In this document: one piece after another, positions 46,202 through 57,056 of the stretch
Numbering within the stretch: position 1 is the stretch's first letter
How the letters are laid out: every line of letters starts with the position of its first letter
From: an uncultured Chloroflexia bacterium
GTDB lineage: Bacteria; Chloroflexota; Limnocylindria; Limnocylindrales; CSP1-4
DNA: 64,000 nucleotides
Assembly (NCBI GenBank): GCA_963748625.1
Contig: CAVVJT010000010.1
Coordinates: 672,001 to 736,000 of the forward strand
Direction of reading: 5' to 3'
Notes under the pieces: model-generated
Database searches by the model: none
Told to the model about the DNA's origin: nothing
The model's input: the letters and a program-made list of their open reading frames with translations, nothing else
Program-made: the position numbers and the translations under genes

Positions 46202-47510
46202 ATGGAGCGGTTCCGGTTCATCACCGCGGGCGAGAGCCACGGGCCCATGCTGGGCGCCGTGATCGAGGGCGTGCCTGCCGGGCTCGCCCTGACCGAGGAC
46301 GACCTCGCGGTGGACCTGGGCCGCCGCCAGCGGGGGTATGGCCGGGGCGCCCGCCAGGCCATCGAGCAGGACCGAGCCAGGATCCTGTCCGGCGTCCGCC
46401 ACGGCTACACCATGGGCTCGCCGATCCTGCTCGAGATGGACAACCGGGATTGGGCGAACTGGACGAAGGTGATGCAGGTCGGGCCGCTCACCGCTGCCGA
46501 AGCGGCCGAGCTCGCGGCACTCGCCGCCGAGGGCAACAAGCGCGCGAAGCCCATCACGGCGGTCCGGCCCGGCCACGCGGACCTCGCGGGCTCGCTCAAG
46601 TACGGCTTCAACGACGTGCGCAACGCGCTCGAACGCTCCTCGGCCCGTGAGACGACCGCGCGGGTCGCGGCGGGTGGCGTCGCACGCGCCTTCCTGCGGA
46701 CCCTGGGCATCGAGGTCTGGTCGTTCACCGCGGAGGTTGGCGGCGTGGCGGTGGACCCGGCGCGCTGCACGCGGACCCGCGAGGAGGCCGAGGCGTCGCC
46801 GTTGCGCTGCCCTGACCCCGACGCCGAGACGGCGATGGTCGCCCGCATCGACGAGGCGCGCAGCAACGGGGACACGGTCGGGGGCGTGTTCGAGGTGGTC
46901 GTCCACGGCGCACCGATCGGCCTCGGGAGCTACACGCACTGGGACCGGCGCCTGGATGCCGCGCTCGCAGCGGCGGTGATGAGCATCCAGATCGTCAAGG
47001 GCGTCGAGATCGGCCTCGGCTTCGAGCAGACCCGCCGCTTCGGCTCGCAGGTCCACGATGTCATCGAGGGCCGCCGCGACGACGGCACCTGGGTCCATCG
47101 CAGCAACAACGCCGGCGGCCTCACCGGTGGCATGACCAACGGCGAGCCGATCGTGATCCGGGGCGCCGTCAAGCCCATCTCCACGCTCGCCCGACCGCTG
47201 CCCACCGCCGACCTGATCACCGGCACGGAGGTCGAGAAGGCGCACTACGAGCGGTCTGACATCTCCGTGGTTCCGGCCGCGGGCGTCATCGGCGAGGCCA
47301 TGGTCATGCTGACCCTGGCGCAGTTCGTGCTGGAGAAGACCGGCGGCGACTCCATGGCCGAGGTCCTCGACAACCTGCGCCGCTACCGCGAGCGCATCGC
47401 GCAATCCCCCGCCGCCCCTGCACCCGGCGCCCGCGACGGCGGCCACATCGCCCCCGGCGGGCTGGATCACCCAACCGCGGTCCGACGACGCCCCCGGCGG
47501 GGCCGGCTGA
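46202..47510 (+). CDS. aroC: Chorismate synthase (true stop probably 47510; as read the ORF runs to 47671)
   Basis: TAGESHG, RPGHAD, ERSSARET, SNNAGGLTGGMTNG and ERSD; probable indel near 47480. Confidence 0.93.
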
Positions 47511-47516
47511 CCGGCC

Positions 47517-49176
47517 GTGGACCTGGTCCTCGTCGGCCTGCCCGGCGCCGGCAAGTCCGCCGTCGGGCGCCGCATCGCCAATCGCCACGGCGCCTTGTTC
47601 TTCGACCTCGACGAGCAGATCGAGAAGGCGGCCGGGCGCACGATCCCCGAGATCTTCGAGGAGGAGGGTGAGGCCGGGTTCCGCCGCCTGGAGCGCGAGG
47701 CGGTGCTCGCCCTTGGCGACCCCGATCCCGGACGAGCGATCCGGCGGGTGATCTCGCCCGGCGGCGGCGCCATCGTGGACCCGCGCAACCGCTGGCACCT
47801 GTACCGCGGCCGGCTCCCAGTGTGGCTCGACGTCCGCCCGGAGGTGCTCGCCCAGCGCCTGCGCCGCTCCCCCACCGTGCGCCCGCTCGTCCAGGGTGGC
47901 GACCCGCTGGGCCGTATCCGCCAGCTCGCCGCAGCGCGGGAGCGCTTCTACGGCGCGGCCCACCGGGTCAACGGCATCACGGAGGTCGGCGGCGTCGTGG
48001 ACGCCGTCGAGCGGCTCGCGCGCGACTGGTCACGCGGCGGCCCGACCACCCTCCTGCGGGCGTCGACCTCCATCGGCGACATCGTGATCGGCGAGGGCAT
48101 CGCAGCCCGGGCCGTGGGCGACGCGCTGCGGGCGGCGAAGGCCCGGCGGGCGATCCTGGTGACGGAGCCGCGGGCACGCGAGGCCTTCGGCGAGGGCCTG
48201 GCCGCGTCACTGGCGGCGGACGGCTGGCCGGTCGAGTGGCTGATGCTCCCCGAGGGCGAGGACGCCAAGCGCTTCGAGGTGATCGGGGAGTCAGCGCGGG
48301 AGCTGGCCCGACGGCGCGTGGAGCGCGGCGAGCCGCTCGTCGCCGATCGGCGGCGGGGCGCTGGGCGATCCGGCGGGGTTCCTGGCGGCCGCCTACCTGC
48401 GAGGCGTGCCGTGGATCCAGGTCCCCACGACGCTGGTCGCCCAGGTGGACAGCTCCATCGGGGGCAAGACCGGCGTGGACCTGCCCGAGGGCAAGAACCT
48501 GCTGGGCGCGTTCCACCACCCCTCGGCGATCATCCTGGACGTCGCCGCCCTGCGCACCTTGCCGGAGCGCCAGCTGCGGGCTGCCCTGGGTGAGATCGTG
48601 AAGATGGCAGCCCTTGGCGACGAGGCGCTGTTCACGACGCTCGAGGCCGACGGGGAGGCCGTGGCGGCCGGCGAGCGGCGCGCGTTCGAGAGCGCCTACG
48701 AGCGGGGCGTCGTGGCCGAGATCGTGGAGCGAGCCGGCTGGGCGAAGGTGACGGTGGTCGCCGCTGACGAGAAGGAGCAGGGCGGGGCGACCGGGCGTAT
48801 CGCGTTGAACCTGGGCCACACCGTGGCGCACGCGATCGAGGCCGTGGACGGGTACGAGACGCTCATGCACGGCGAGGCGGTCGCGTACGGGCTGCGCGCC
48901 GCATGCCGGATCGGGGTGGCCGTCGGGGTGACGCCGCCGGAGCGGGCCGCGCGCGTGGAGCGGCTGCTGGACCGCCTCACCCTGGGCGCCGCTCCCCTCC
49001 CCTATGCCGTCGAAGCTGTCCTCGCCGCGACCGGGACCGACAAGAAGCGCTCGAGCGGGCGCCAGCGCTGGGTGCTGCCCACCGCCGACGGCTTTCTCGT
49101 GCGGGACGACGTGGACGAGACCCCGATCGAGACGGCGGTGCGCTCCGTGCTGGCCGGATCGGGGGCAGCGGCATGA
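47517..49176 (+). CDS. aroKB: Fused shikimate kinase / 3-dehydroquinate synthase (1 extra base near 48343)
   Basis: GLPGAGKS and GEAGFR, then GEDAK, (frameshift) IGGGALGD, PTTLVAQVDSSIGGKTG, LNLGHT and HGEAV. Confidence 0.88.
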
Positions 49177-49493
49177 GCGACGACATGACGCCCGACACGC
49201 GCACCGACGATGACCTGGCCGAGGTCCGCGCCCGGATCGACGAGCTCGACCGGCAGATCGTCGGGCTGCTCAACGCGCGCGCGTCCCTCGGCCGCGCGGC
49301 CGGCCACGCGAAGGTCGCGGCGGGTCGCGAGGACGTTCTCGACGCCGAACGGGAGCGCGAGGTGCTGCTGCGCGTGGCCATGGCCAACCAGGGCCCCATC
49401 CCCCAAGCCGACCTGCTGGGCCTGTACCACCAGATCATGGCCATCACGCGCGACCTGGAGCATCGCGACCGCGAGGGGCACCTCGAGGAATGA
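49173..49493 (+). CDS. Chorismate mutase (AroQ type)
   Basis: LAEVRARIDELDRQIVGLLNAR..K..DAEREREVL; ATGA overlap with aroKB. Confidence 0.88.
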   Translation: MSDDMTPDTRTDDDLAEVRARIDELDRQIVGLLNARASLGRAAGHAKVAAGREDVLDAEREREVLLRVAMANQGPIPQADLLGLYHQIMAITRDLEHRDREGHLEE

Positions 49494-50481
49494 CGGACGA
49501 TCCGTCCCTCGACAGCGGCGGCCAGCTGTTCGTCCCGGCTGTCACGGGCGCCGCTCGACCCGATCCGCGGATCCTGCCGCCCTCGCCTGTCACGCGGTTC
49601 GCGCCTGCGCCGACCGGCCACCTGCACCTGGGCCACCTCGTGAACGCGATCTACGTCTGGGGCGTCGCGGCTGCGACCGCCGGCACGGTCGTCCTGCGCA
49701 TCGAGGACCACGACCGGCAGCGCTCGCGCCCCGAGTACGAGATGGACCTGCTCGAGGATCTCGAGCGGCTGGGGCTCACCAGCTCCTCCCCCACGCCGCG
49801 CGAGCTCTCGCTTGCGGTCTCGGACTTCCGGCAGTCGGACTGCGCTCCCGTCTATGCGGCGGCCCTGGGTCGACTGCGTGCCGACGGCCTCGTGTACGCC
49901 TGCGCCTGCACCCGGTCGACCTTCGCCGCGTACGAGGCCGAGCGGGGCCGGCCGTGGCGCGGCATCGGCTGCCCGGGTGACTGTCGGGCGCTGGAGCTCC
50001 CCGAGGATGGCGCCGTGGGCCTGCGAGTGGCGGTGGGGGCGGGCTCCGAGCGATGGGTGGACCTCCTGGCGGGCCCGGTGTCGGACGAGCCCGCGGTGGC
50101 CGGCGACCCGCTCGTCCGCGACCGGGTGGGCAACTGGACGTACGCGTTCTGCGTGGTGGTGGACGACATGCGCCACGGAGTCTCGCTCGTCATCCGCGGG
50201 CCGCGACCTGCTCGACGCCACGCCGCGTGCAGCTGCGCCTCGCCCGCCTCCTCGGCCGAGCGGACTCGCCGCACTTCCTGCACCATCCTCTCGTGCGACG
50301 GATCAGCGGGCAGAAGCTCTCGAAAGCCGAGCGGGACACCTCGGTCCGCTCGATGCTCGACGATGGCAGGACGCCCGCCGAGCTGTTCGGGCAGGCGGCG
50401 CGACTCGCCGGCCTGCGGGACACGGACGCGCCGCTCGAAGTGGCGGCGTTGGGCTCATTGTTCCGAGGACCGGCAGCATGA
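49490..50481 (+). CDS. gluQ: Glutamyl-Q tRNA(Asp) synthetase-like protein (two apparent +1 indels at about 50200-50227)
   Basis: TRFAPAPTGHLHLGH, LRIEDHD, CACTR, VVDD..VIRG.DL and KLSK; no anticodon-binding domain. Confidence 0.8.
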
Positions 50482-50966
50482 CCGGGCCGATGGCCAGCGG
50501 GCGGCCGCTGCTGCTCCTCGACGTCGATGGCGTGCTGCTCGTCTGGCGCGGGTCGGCGTGGGACGACGATGGATCCGGTGAAGGCGACGTCGAGTTCCAC
50601 CCCGATGTTGCCGGATGGCTTGCGGACCTGGGCCGCGCGTTCGATCTCGCGTGGGCCACGACCTGGGAGGACCAGGCGAACCGCGAGATCGGACCCGCGC
50701 TGGGGCTGCCGCACCTCCCGTTCGTGGCGTTCGAGATGGACTACCGGGCCCGGACGCCGAAGCTCCGGAGCCTTGCGGCGTGGGTGGGCGACCGCCCGTG
50801 CGCCTGGATCGACGACGACCTCCACGCCGATGCGGAGACGTGGGCCGCCGGGCGGGCCGCGCCGACGCTCCTCGTGCACGTCGATGCCGCCGAGGGCATC
50901 GCCCGCCGCCACGTGGACGAGCTGCTGGACTGGGCTGCGACCCTGCGCGGAGAGGCACTGCGGTGA
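50478..50966 (+). CDS. HAD-superfamily small phosphatase-like protein
   Basis: LLLDVDGVL, WATTW and AWIDD; ATGA overlap with gluQ. Confidence 0.8.
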   Translation: MTGPMASGRPLLLLDVDGVLLVWRGSAWDDDGSGEGDVEFHPDVAGWLADLGRAFDLAWATTWEDQANREIGPALGLPHLPFVAFEMDYRARTPKLRSLAAWVGDRPCAWIDDDLHADAETWAAGRAAPTLLVHVDAAEGIARRHVDELLDWAATLRGEALR

Positions 50967-51193
50967 CGCGCGGCTGGCGGATCACGGCGGTCCTCGCCGC
51001 GGTAGCGGTGTTCGTCGCTGTGCTCGTCGATCCCGCGCCGGACCCGGTGCCGCTCCTGGGCGACGTGCCGGGCGTCGTGCTCGCAGTCGGGTGGGCGGCC
51101 CTCGCGTTCGGCTGGGTGTGGATGCTCTCGGGCGTCGCGCGCGGCTTCTGCTGGCTCCGGGGCGAGGCGGCCTGCCGGCTTCCGCGGGAGTAG
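50963..51193 (+). CDS. Small two-TM membrane protein
   Basis: GTGA overlap with the upstream stop; two hydrophobic helices. Confidence 0.55.
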   Translation: MTRGWRITAVLAAVAVFVAVLVDPAPDPVPLLGDVPGVVLAVGWAALAFGWVWMLSGVARGFCWLRGEAACRLPRE

Positions 51194-51229
51194 CACCGGC
51201 ACACTGCAGTCACACGTCGATGCGAGACG

Positions 51230-52623
51230 TCAGAGAGGCGGGCGTGCCCAACCGCCGGAGGCGGCCTCGACCACGGCCGCGCCGGCCAGCGCCACGTGCT
51301 CCTGCCATGGGCCCGCAACCACCTGCACGCCGATGGGGAGCCCGCCGGGTGCCGTCCCGCCGCGCACCACCACCGACGGCCAACCGGTGATGTTGTGGAC
51401 ATCGCTGTAGCCGTCACCGAAGGCGGGATCGATCCCCTCGCCGTGGAGGACGGCGGGCAGCGGGAGGGCCGGGCAGACGATGAGGTCGGTCCGGGTGACG
51501 TGAGCCAGCGCAGCATCCGGGCACGCAGGTCGTCAACGTGGTCCAGCAGCGCGGACAGCTCCTCGCCGGGCAGGGCGTGGCCGTGCGTGAACCACGGGCG
51601 CGACTCGTAGGAGCCCATGCCGGGCGTGCCCGCGGCGTTGATGAGCCGGCGCAGCCAGGCGTAGCCGTCGGCCCCGACGAGGGCGTCGTAGACCTCGGCC
51701 ACTGCCGGCAGGTCGGGCGGCATGCGGCGTTCGACCACAGCGCCAGCTGCGGCCAGCGCAAGCCCCGCGGCCTCGACGGCAGCCTGGGTCTCGGGTGTCG
51801 GCGTGCGGACGCCGTTGTCGGCGAAGAGCGCGACGCGAAGGCCGTCGATACGCACGGCATCGGGGTCCCCCAGCGGCGTCGGTGCCACGTGCGGGTCGCG
51901 CCCGTCGGGCCCTGCGATCACGGGCAGCACGAGTGCCAGGTCTGCCACCGTGCGCGCCATCGGCCCGAGCTGGGTGAGGCTGTCGAGCAAGCCCCCCGGG
52001 CCGGGCCAGTGGCCCGTCCGCGGCACGCGGCCACTGGTGGGCTTGATGCCCGCGATCCCGCAGACGTGCGCGGGCTGGCGGATGGAGTCGCCCGTGTCGG
52101 ACCCGATGTCGAAGAACGAGCAGCCGGCGGCCACAGCGGCGGCGGGCCCGCCCGATGAGCCGCCCGGCGAGCGGGCCAGGTCGTACGGGTTGGAGGTCCG
52201 GCCGTAGACGTCGTTGTCGGTCTCGTTGGACCAGGTGAACTCGGGCGTATTGGTCTTGCCCAGGAGGATTCCGCCGGCGGCGCGCAGCCGGGCGGCAACC
52301 GTCGCGTCACGGGGTGGCACACGGTGGCGCCAGCCCACGGAGCCCGCGGTGGTGGTGACGCCGGCGGTGTCGAGCGAATCCTTGAGGGTGAACGGGACGC
52401 CGTGGAGTGGGCCGAGGCGCTCGCCGCGCGCGAGGGCGGCATCCGCCTCCAGGGCATGCTCGAGGGCGTCGGGAGCAAGCGCGACGACGGCGTTGATGCG
52501 GGGGTTGACATCCTCGATCCGGGCGAGGCACGCGCGGACGGCTCTCTCCGACGACGTCTCGCCGCCCGCAATCAGCGCGGCGACGTCGGTGGTGCTCCGG
52601 AAGACGAGGTCCACGTCATGCAC
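51230..52623 (-). CDS. Amidase-signature family amidase (frameshift near 51490-51500)
   Basis: GPLHGVPFTLKD, GKTNTPE, GGSSGG and GSDTGDSIR; the C-terminus (NITGWP..GLPIGVQ) continues in another frame. Confidence 0.88.
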
Positions 52624-52632
52624 CCGCGCAGT

Positions 52633-54321
52633 CTACGGAACGGTGGCGCCCCCGGCGGGCTCCAGCACGGGCCCGCGTTCCCAGGCGGGTGCGGAGAACA
52701 GTTCCGGCCGATGGGTCAGGACGATCAGCGTGCGGTCCCCGGCCGCCGCCGGCAGGTCTGCGATGAATGTGCGAGCGGCCGCCTCGTCAAGGTGCTCGGT
52801 AGGTTCATCCAGGACGAGAATCCTGACATCAGCCAGAAGGGCCCGTGCGAGCGCGAGGCGCTGGCGCTGGCCCCCGGAGAGCCGGGCGCCGTGCTCGCCG
52901 ACCTGGGTCTCGAGCCCGTCGGGCAGGGCGTGCACCCAGTCCAGCAGGCGCGCTCGGGCTAGTGCCCCCTCCAGCTCGGCGACCGGCGCCCCGGGTCGCG
53001 CCAGCCGCAGGTTGTCGGCCAGCGAGGCATCGAAGATGTGGGGATCCTGCTCGCAGAGCCCGGTCGCGCTGCGGGCGATGTCACCGGGCACCCGCCGCAG
53101 GTCCACGGGCTCACCGCAGGCGGTGACAAGGGCCAGCGACCCGCTCTCGGCATCCAGGAACCGCAGCAGCGCGGCCGCGAGGGTGCTCTTGCCGGACCCG
53201 CTCGGGCCGGTCACCACGACCCGGGCCCCCGGGTCCACGTCGAGTGACGGCAGGCGCAGCGCCACCTCGGCCGCACCCGGGTAGCGCACCACCAGGTCCA
53301 CCGCCCGCACGCCGAGGGCGCCCGAGGGCAGGCCCAGCACCTCGCCGGCGGCGGGCTCCCGGACCGGCTCCGGGCGATGGAGGATGTCGAGCACGCGGCG
53401 CGCCGATGCCACCAGGCCCGGCAGCAGGCGCGCGGATGGGGCGAGCGGCGCGACCACCTCGTGGAGGGCGATCGGGGTGAGCACGACCACGGCCAGCGAC
53501 ACCGCTGCGAGGCTGCCATCGCGCACGGCCGAGATCCCGAGCACCAGGGCCAGCCAGACGGCCGCCCCCGACGAGAGTGCCGCCACGAGGTTGCCCACGC
53601 CCGACCCGAGCGCCGAGCGTCGCTCTGCGGCGAGGACGCGTGCGCTCACCCGCTCCACATCCGCCACCCCTCGCGCCACAGCGCCGGCGGCGAGGATCTC
53701 GGGTGCCCCGCGGACCAGGTCCAGCGCGGCATCGGTGAGGTCGCCACGGGCCGGCGCCAAGCTCGCCTCCGCGTGCCTGGAGACCACGCCGGCGACAGCC
53801 GGGGCCAGGATCGCCGTGGCGAGCAGGGTGAGCGCCAGCACGAGGCCCACGGCCGGCACCAGCCAGCCCACCAGCAGCACGGTGCCGATGGCGACCACCG
53901 CCGCCGAGGCATACGGCAGCAGCACCCGGAGCCAGAGGTCGGCGAGACCGTCCACGTCGCCCACGAGCCGGGCAAGGAGATCGCCCGAGCGCAGCTCCGC
54001 AAGACCGGCGGGCGCGAGCCGGACCAGGCGGGCATAGGCGGTTCCACGCAGCTCGGCCAGGACCCGGAACGCGGCGTCGTGGGCGGCGACCCGCTCGAGA
54101 TAGCGCAGGACGCCGCGCGCGATGCCGAAGGCGCGGACCGCGGTGATCGCGAGCATCAGCGTCATCATCACCGGCTGCTCGGCCGCCTTGGAGATCAGCC
54201 AGGCCGACGTCGCCGCTAGGCCGATCGCCGCCCCGGCCGCGCCCACGCCCGCGAGGACGGCGAGCACGAGCCGGCCCGTCACCGGCCGACCGATCCGCAG
54301 GATCGCGAGGAGCGCGCTCAT
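52633..54321 (-). CDS. cydC: Thiol/heme ABC exporter subunit CydC
   Basis: SAWLISKAA, VRAFGIARG..RYLER, GPSGSGKS, LSGGQRQR and LDEPTEHLD. Confidence 0.92.
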   Translation of the reverse strand: MSALLAILRIGRPVTGRLVLAVLAGVGAAGAAIGLAATSAWLISKAAEQPVMMTLMLAITAVRAFGIARGVLRYLERVAAHDAAFRVLAELRGTAYARLVRLAPAGLAELRSGDLLARLVGDVDGLADLWLRVLLPYASAAVVAIGTVLLVGWLVPAVGLVLALTLLATAILAPAVAGVVSRHAEASLAPARGDLTDAALDLVRGAPEILAAGAVARGVADVERVSARVLAAERRSALGSGVGNLVAALSSGAAVWLALVLGISAVRDGSLAAVSLAVVVLTPIALHEVVAPLAPSARLLPGLVASARRVLDILHRPEPVREPAAGEVLGLPSGALGVRAVDLVVRYPGAAEVALRLPSLDVDPGARVVVTGPSGSGKSTLAAALLRFLDAESGSLALVTACGEPVDLRRVPGDIARSATGLCEQDPHIFDASLADNLRLARPGAPVAELEGALARARLLDWVHALPDGLETQVGEHGARLSGGQRQRLALARALLADVRILVLDEPTEHLDEAAARTFIADLPAAAGDRTLIVLTHRPELFSAPAWERGPVLEPAGGATVP

Positions 54322-56015
54322 GCCGCATCCCCGGCAGCGAGGACCGGCTCGATGGCTTCCCATGCCACCTCGACCACGCGATCCGCCCCGGCGATCGCAC
54401 CCGGCCGGTGGGCCACCAGGAGCACGGCAGCGCCGGCATCGGCCGCGGCCCGGACGGCGCCCAGCACCGCCGCCTCCGCCTCGTCGTCCAAGCCCGCCGT
54501 CGGCTCGTCGAGCAGCAGCACCGGCGTCCGCCGCACGAGCGCCCGCGCGATGCCGACCCGTCGCCGCTGGCCGCTCGACAGCCCGCGCCCGCGCTCGCCC
54601 AGCACCTGGCCGGACTCGATCTCGGCAAGGCCCACCGAGGCCAGCGCGCCGGCCACGTCGGCATCGGCTACCTCGTGGCGCGCGCCGAGGCGCACGTTGT
54701 CCGCCACGGAGCCCGCGAACAGGAATGGCGCCTGCGGCACCCAGGCCACCGTCGAACACCAGGCGTCGGCGTCGAGATCGCGGATGTCCACCACCTGCCC
54801 GCCGCCGGCGGCGAGCACCGCACCCTCGTCGGGCTCCAGGAGCCCGAGCACCACGGCGAGCAGCGTGCTCTTGCCGACACCGCTTGGTCCAGTGATCGCC
54901 ACCACCTCGCCCGGCCGAACCTCCAGCGAGGCGGCACACGGCGCGAGCAGGTCACGTCCTGGCTGGGCCACCGAGACGCCTGCCACCACGAGCGCCTCGA
55001 GCGGCGCCGGCACCGGCCCGTGACCGCGGGCCTCGGGCAGGCCGGCATCGATGACCGCGAACGCGCGCGCCGCGGCCGTGGCACCCTCTTCGGAGGCATG
55101 GAACTCCGCACCCAGCCGGCGCAGCGGCAGGTAGGCCTCCGGGGCCAGGATCAGGGCGAACAGGCCCACCTCGAGCGTCATCCAGCCGCCCGCGAGCCGA
55201 AGCCCGATGCCCACGGCGATCAACGCCACCGAGATGGTCGCCAGCAGCTCCAGCGCCATCGCGGACAGGAACGCGATCCGCAGGGTCGCCATGGTGGTCG
55301 TCCGGTAGCCGTCGGTCAGGCGGCGCAGGATCGCCACCTGTGCCTCGGCGGCCCCATAGGCACGAAGCGTGGGCAGACCGGCGACCACGTCGCCGAACCG
55401 GTGGGCCAGCCTCCCGAGCACCGCCCAGCGCCGGGACCGGTGCGCCGCCGACATCTTCCCGATCAGGATCATGAACACCGGGATCAGCGGTACCGTGACC
55501 GCCACGATCAGGGCGGAGACGGCATCGATGCCCAGCAGCGCAAGCACCACGAGCACCGGCACCACGACGGCGAGGGCCACCTGGGGCAGGTAGCGCCCGA
55601 ACCATCCGTCAAGCGAGTCGAGCCCGCGGGTGGCAAGCAGGACGAGCTCGCCTGACGCCTGGTCCGCCGCCCAGCGCGGGCCGAGCAGGACAGCCCGCTC
55701 CAGCAGGCGCGCGCGCAGGTCGGCCTTGACGCTGCCGCTGATGCGCTGGGCGGTGACGTCCGCCGCCCAGCCGAGGACGGCGCGTGCCGCGAGGACGACG
55801 GCGAGGGCCGCCAGCTGCGGGGCGAGGTCCGCGACGTCCAGGCCGCGTGTGACCGCCCCCGCGATGGACGTCGCGAGCAGCCAGGCCCCGAGGACGGCAA
55901 GCAGCGCGGCCGCCACCCCGAGGATGACGGCCGCGACGAGCGATCCACGCGCGATTCGCGCAGCGCCGATGAGTCTGCGGGTGGGGCTCACGGATGGCCG
56001 TGGGGACGCGGCCAC
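54318..56015 (-). CDS. cydD: Thiol/heme ABC exporter subunit CydD
   Basis: RYLPQ, PLIPVFMILIG, TMATLRIAFLS, LAPEAYLPLR and LSSGQRRR; alternative start at 55991. Confidence 0.92.
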   Translation of the reverse strand: MAASPRPSVSPTRRLIGAARIARGSLVAAVILGVAAALLAVLGAWLLATSIAGAVTRGLDVADLAPQLAALAVVLAARAVLGWAADVTAQRISGSVKADLRARLLERAVLLGPRWAADQASGELVLLATRGLDSLDGWFGRYLPQVALAVVVPVLVVLALLGIDAVSALIVAVTVPLIPVFMILIGKMSAAHRSRRWAVLGRLAHRFGDVVAGLPTLRAYGAAEAQVAILRRLTDGYRTTTMATLRIAFLSAMALELLATISVALIAVGIGLRLAGGWMTLEVGLFALILAPEAYLPLRRLGAEFHASEEGATAAARAFAVIDAGLPEARGHGPVPAPLEALVVAGVSVAQPGRDLLAPCAASLEVRPGEVVAITGPSGVGKSTLLAVVLGLLEPDEGAVLAAGGGQVVDIRDLDADAWCSTVAWVPQAPFLFAGSVADNVRLGARHEVADADVAGALASVGLAEIESGQVLGERGRGLSSGQRRRVGIARALVRRTPVLLLDEPTAGLDDEAEAAVLGAVRAAADAGAAVLLVAHRPGAIAGADRVVEVAWEAIEPVLAAGDAA

Positions 56016-56019
56016 ATGG

Positions 56020-57045
56020 TCAGGCCTCCGCGGCCGCCGCGGGCGGTGCCTCGACCGTCGACCGTGGCACGGTGACCCGCTTGCGGAACACGTAGTAGGT
56101 CCAGGTCTGGTAGATCAGCACCACCGGGACGAAGATCACGGCCACGACCGTCATGATCGTGAGCGTGTACGGCGTCGAGGCGGCGTTCGTGGTCGTGAGG
56201 CTGAAGGCCGGGTCCGTGGTGGACGGCATGACGTCCGGGAACAGGGCCAGGAACAGGCTGGCCACGGCGAGCCCGATCGCGAGCGCCGAGGCGAAGAACG
56301 CCCAGCCCTCCTTGCGGACCTTGCCGGCCACCACCGACCCCAGCCAGGCGACAGCGGCGACGACAGCCACGCCCATCGAGAGCGCGTCGCCACGGATGAG
56401 GTTCGCCCCGACCAGGAAGGCCACGGCCACGACGGCCGTCACCAGGCCCACCGGCAGGACCAGCTTCGCCGCCCGCTCGCGGATGACGCCGTCGGTCTTG
56501 AGGGCCAGGAAGTTGAGGCCGTGGGTGACGAACAGCAAGAGGGTCGTCAGGCCGCCCAACAGCCCGAACGGATTGAGCAGCGTCATGAGGTTGCCGGTGA
56601 AGTTGCCGTCCTCGTTGATCGGCACGCCCGCGACGATGTTCGCGAAGGCGACGCCCCACAGGACCGCGGCCAGGAAGCTGCCCACCGCGATGAGGACGTC
56701 CATGCGCAGGCGCCACGTCCCGTCACCGCGCTTGTTGCGGTACTCGACGCCGATCCCGCGCAGGATCAGCGCGACGAGGATGAGGAACAGGGCGAGGTAG
56801 AAACCCGAGAACAGGGTCGCGTACCAGTAGGGGAACGCGGCGAACATGGCGCCGCCCGCGACCAGGACCCAGACCTCGTTGCCGTCCCAGACCGGGCCGA
56901 TGGTCCGGATCATGGAGCGGCGTTCCGGCTCGTTCTTGCCGAGCACGAAGAGCAGGATGCCGACCCCGAAGTCGAAGCCTTCGAGGACGAAGTAGCCGAT
57001 CCAGAGGACGGCGATCAGCGCGAACCAGAGGGTGGTGAGCTCCAT
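56020..57045 (-). CDS. cydB: Cytochrome bd oxidase subunit II
   Basis: LEGFDFGVG, IGPVWDGNEVW and FAAFP. Confidence 0.96.
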   Translation of the reverse strand: MELTTLWFALIAVLWIGYFVLEGFDFGVGILLFVLGKNEPERRSMIRTIGPVWDGNEVWVLVAGGAMFAAFPYWYATLFSGFYLALFLILVALILRGIGVEYRNKRGDGTWRLRMDVLIAVGSFLAAVLWGVAFANIVAGVPINEDGNFTGNLMTLLNPFGLLGGLTTLLLFVTHGLNFLALKTDGVIRERAAKLVLPVGLVTAVVAVAFLVGANLIRGDALSMGVAVVAAVAWLGSVVAGKVRKEGWAFFASALAIGLAVASLFLALFPDVMPSTTDPAFSLTTTNAASTPYTLTIMTVVAVIFVPVVLIYQTWTYYVFRKRVTVPRSTVEAPPAAAAEA

Positions 57046-57056
57046 CGTCGTTGCCC

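Noticed and set aside
47511-47671. Arg-rich C-terminal extension of AroC overlapping aroK
   Set aside because: Better explained by an indel near 47480; an alternative frame stops at 47510, just before aroK.
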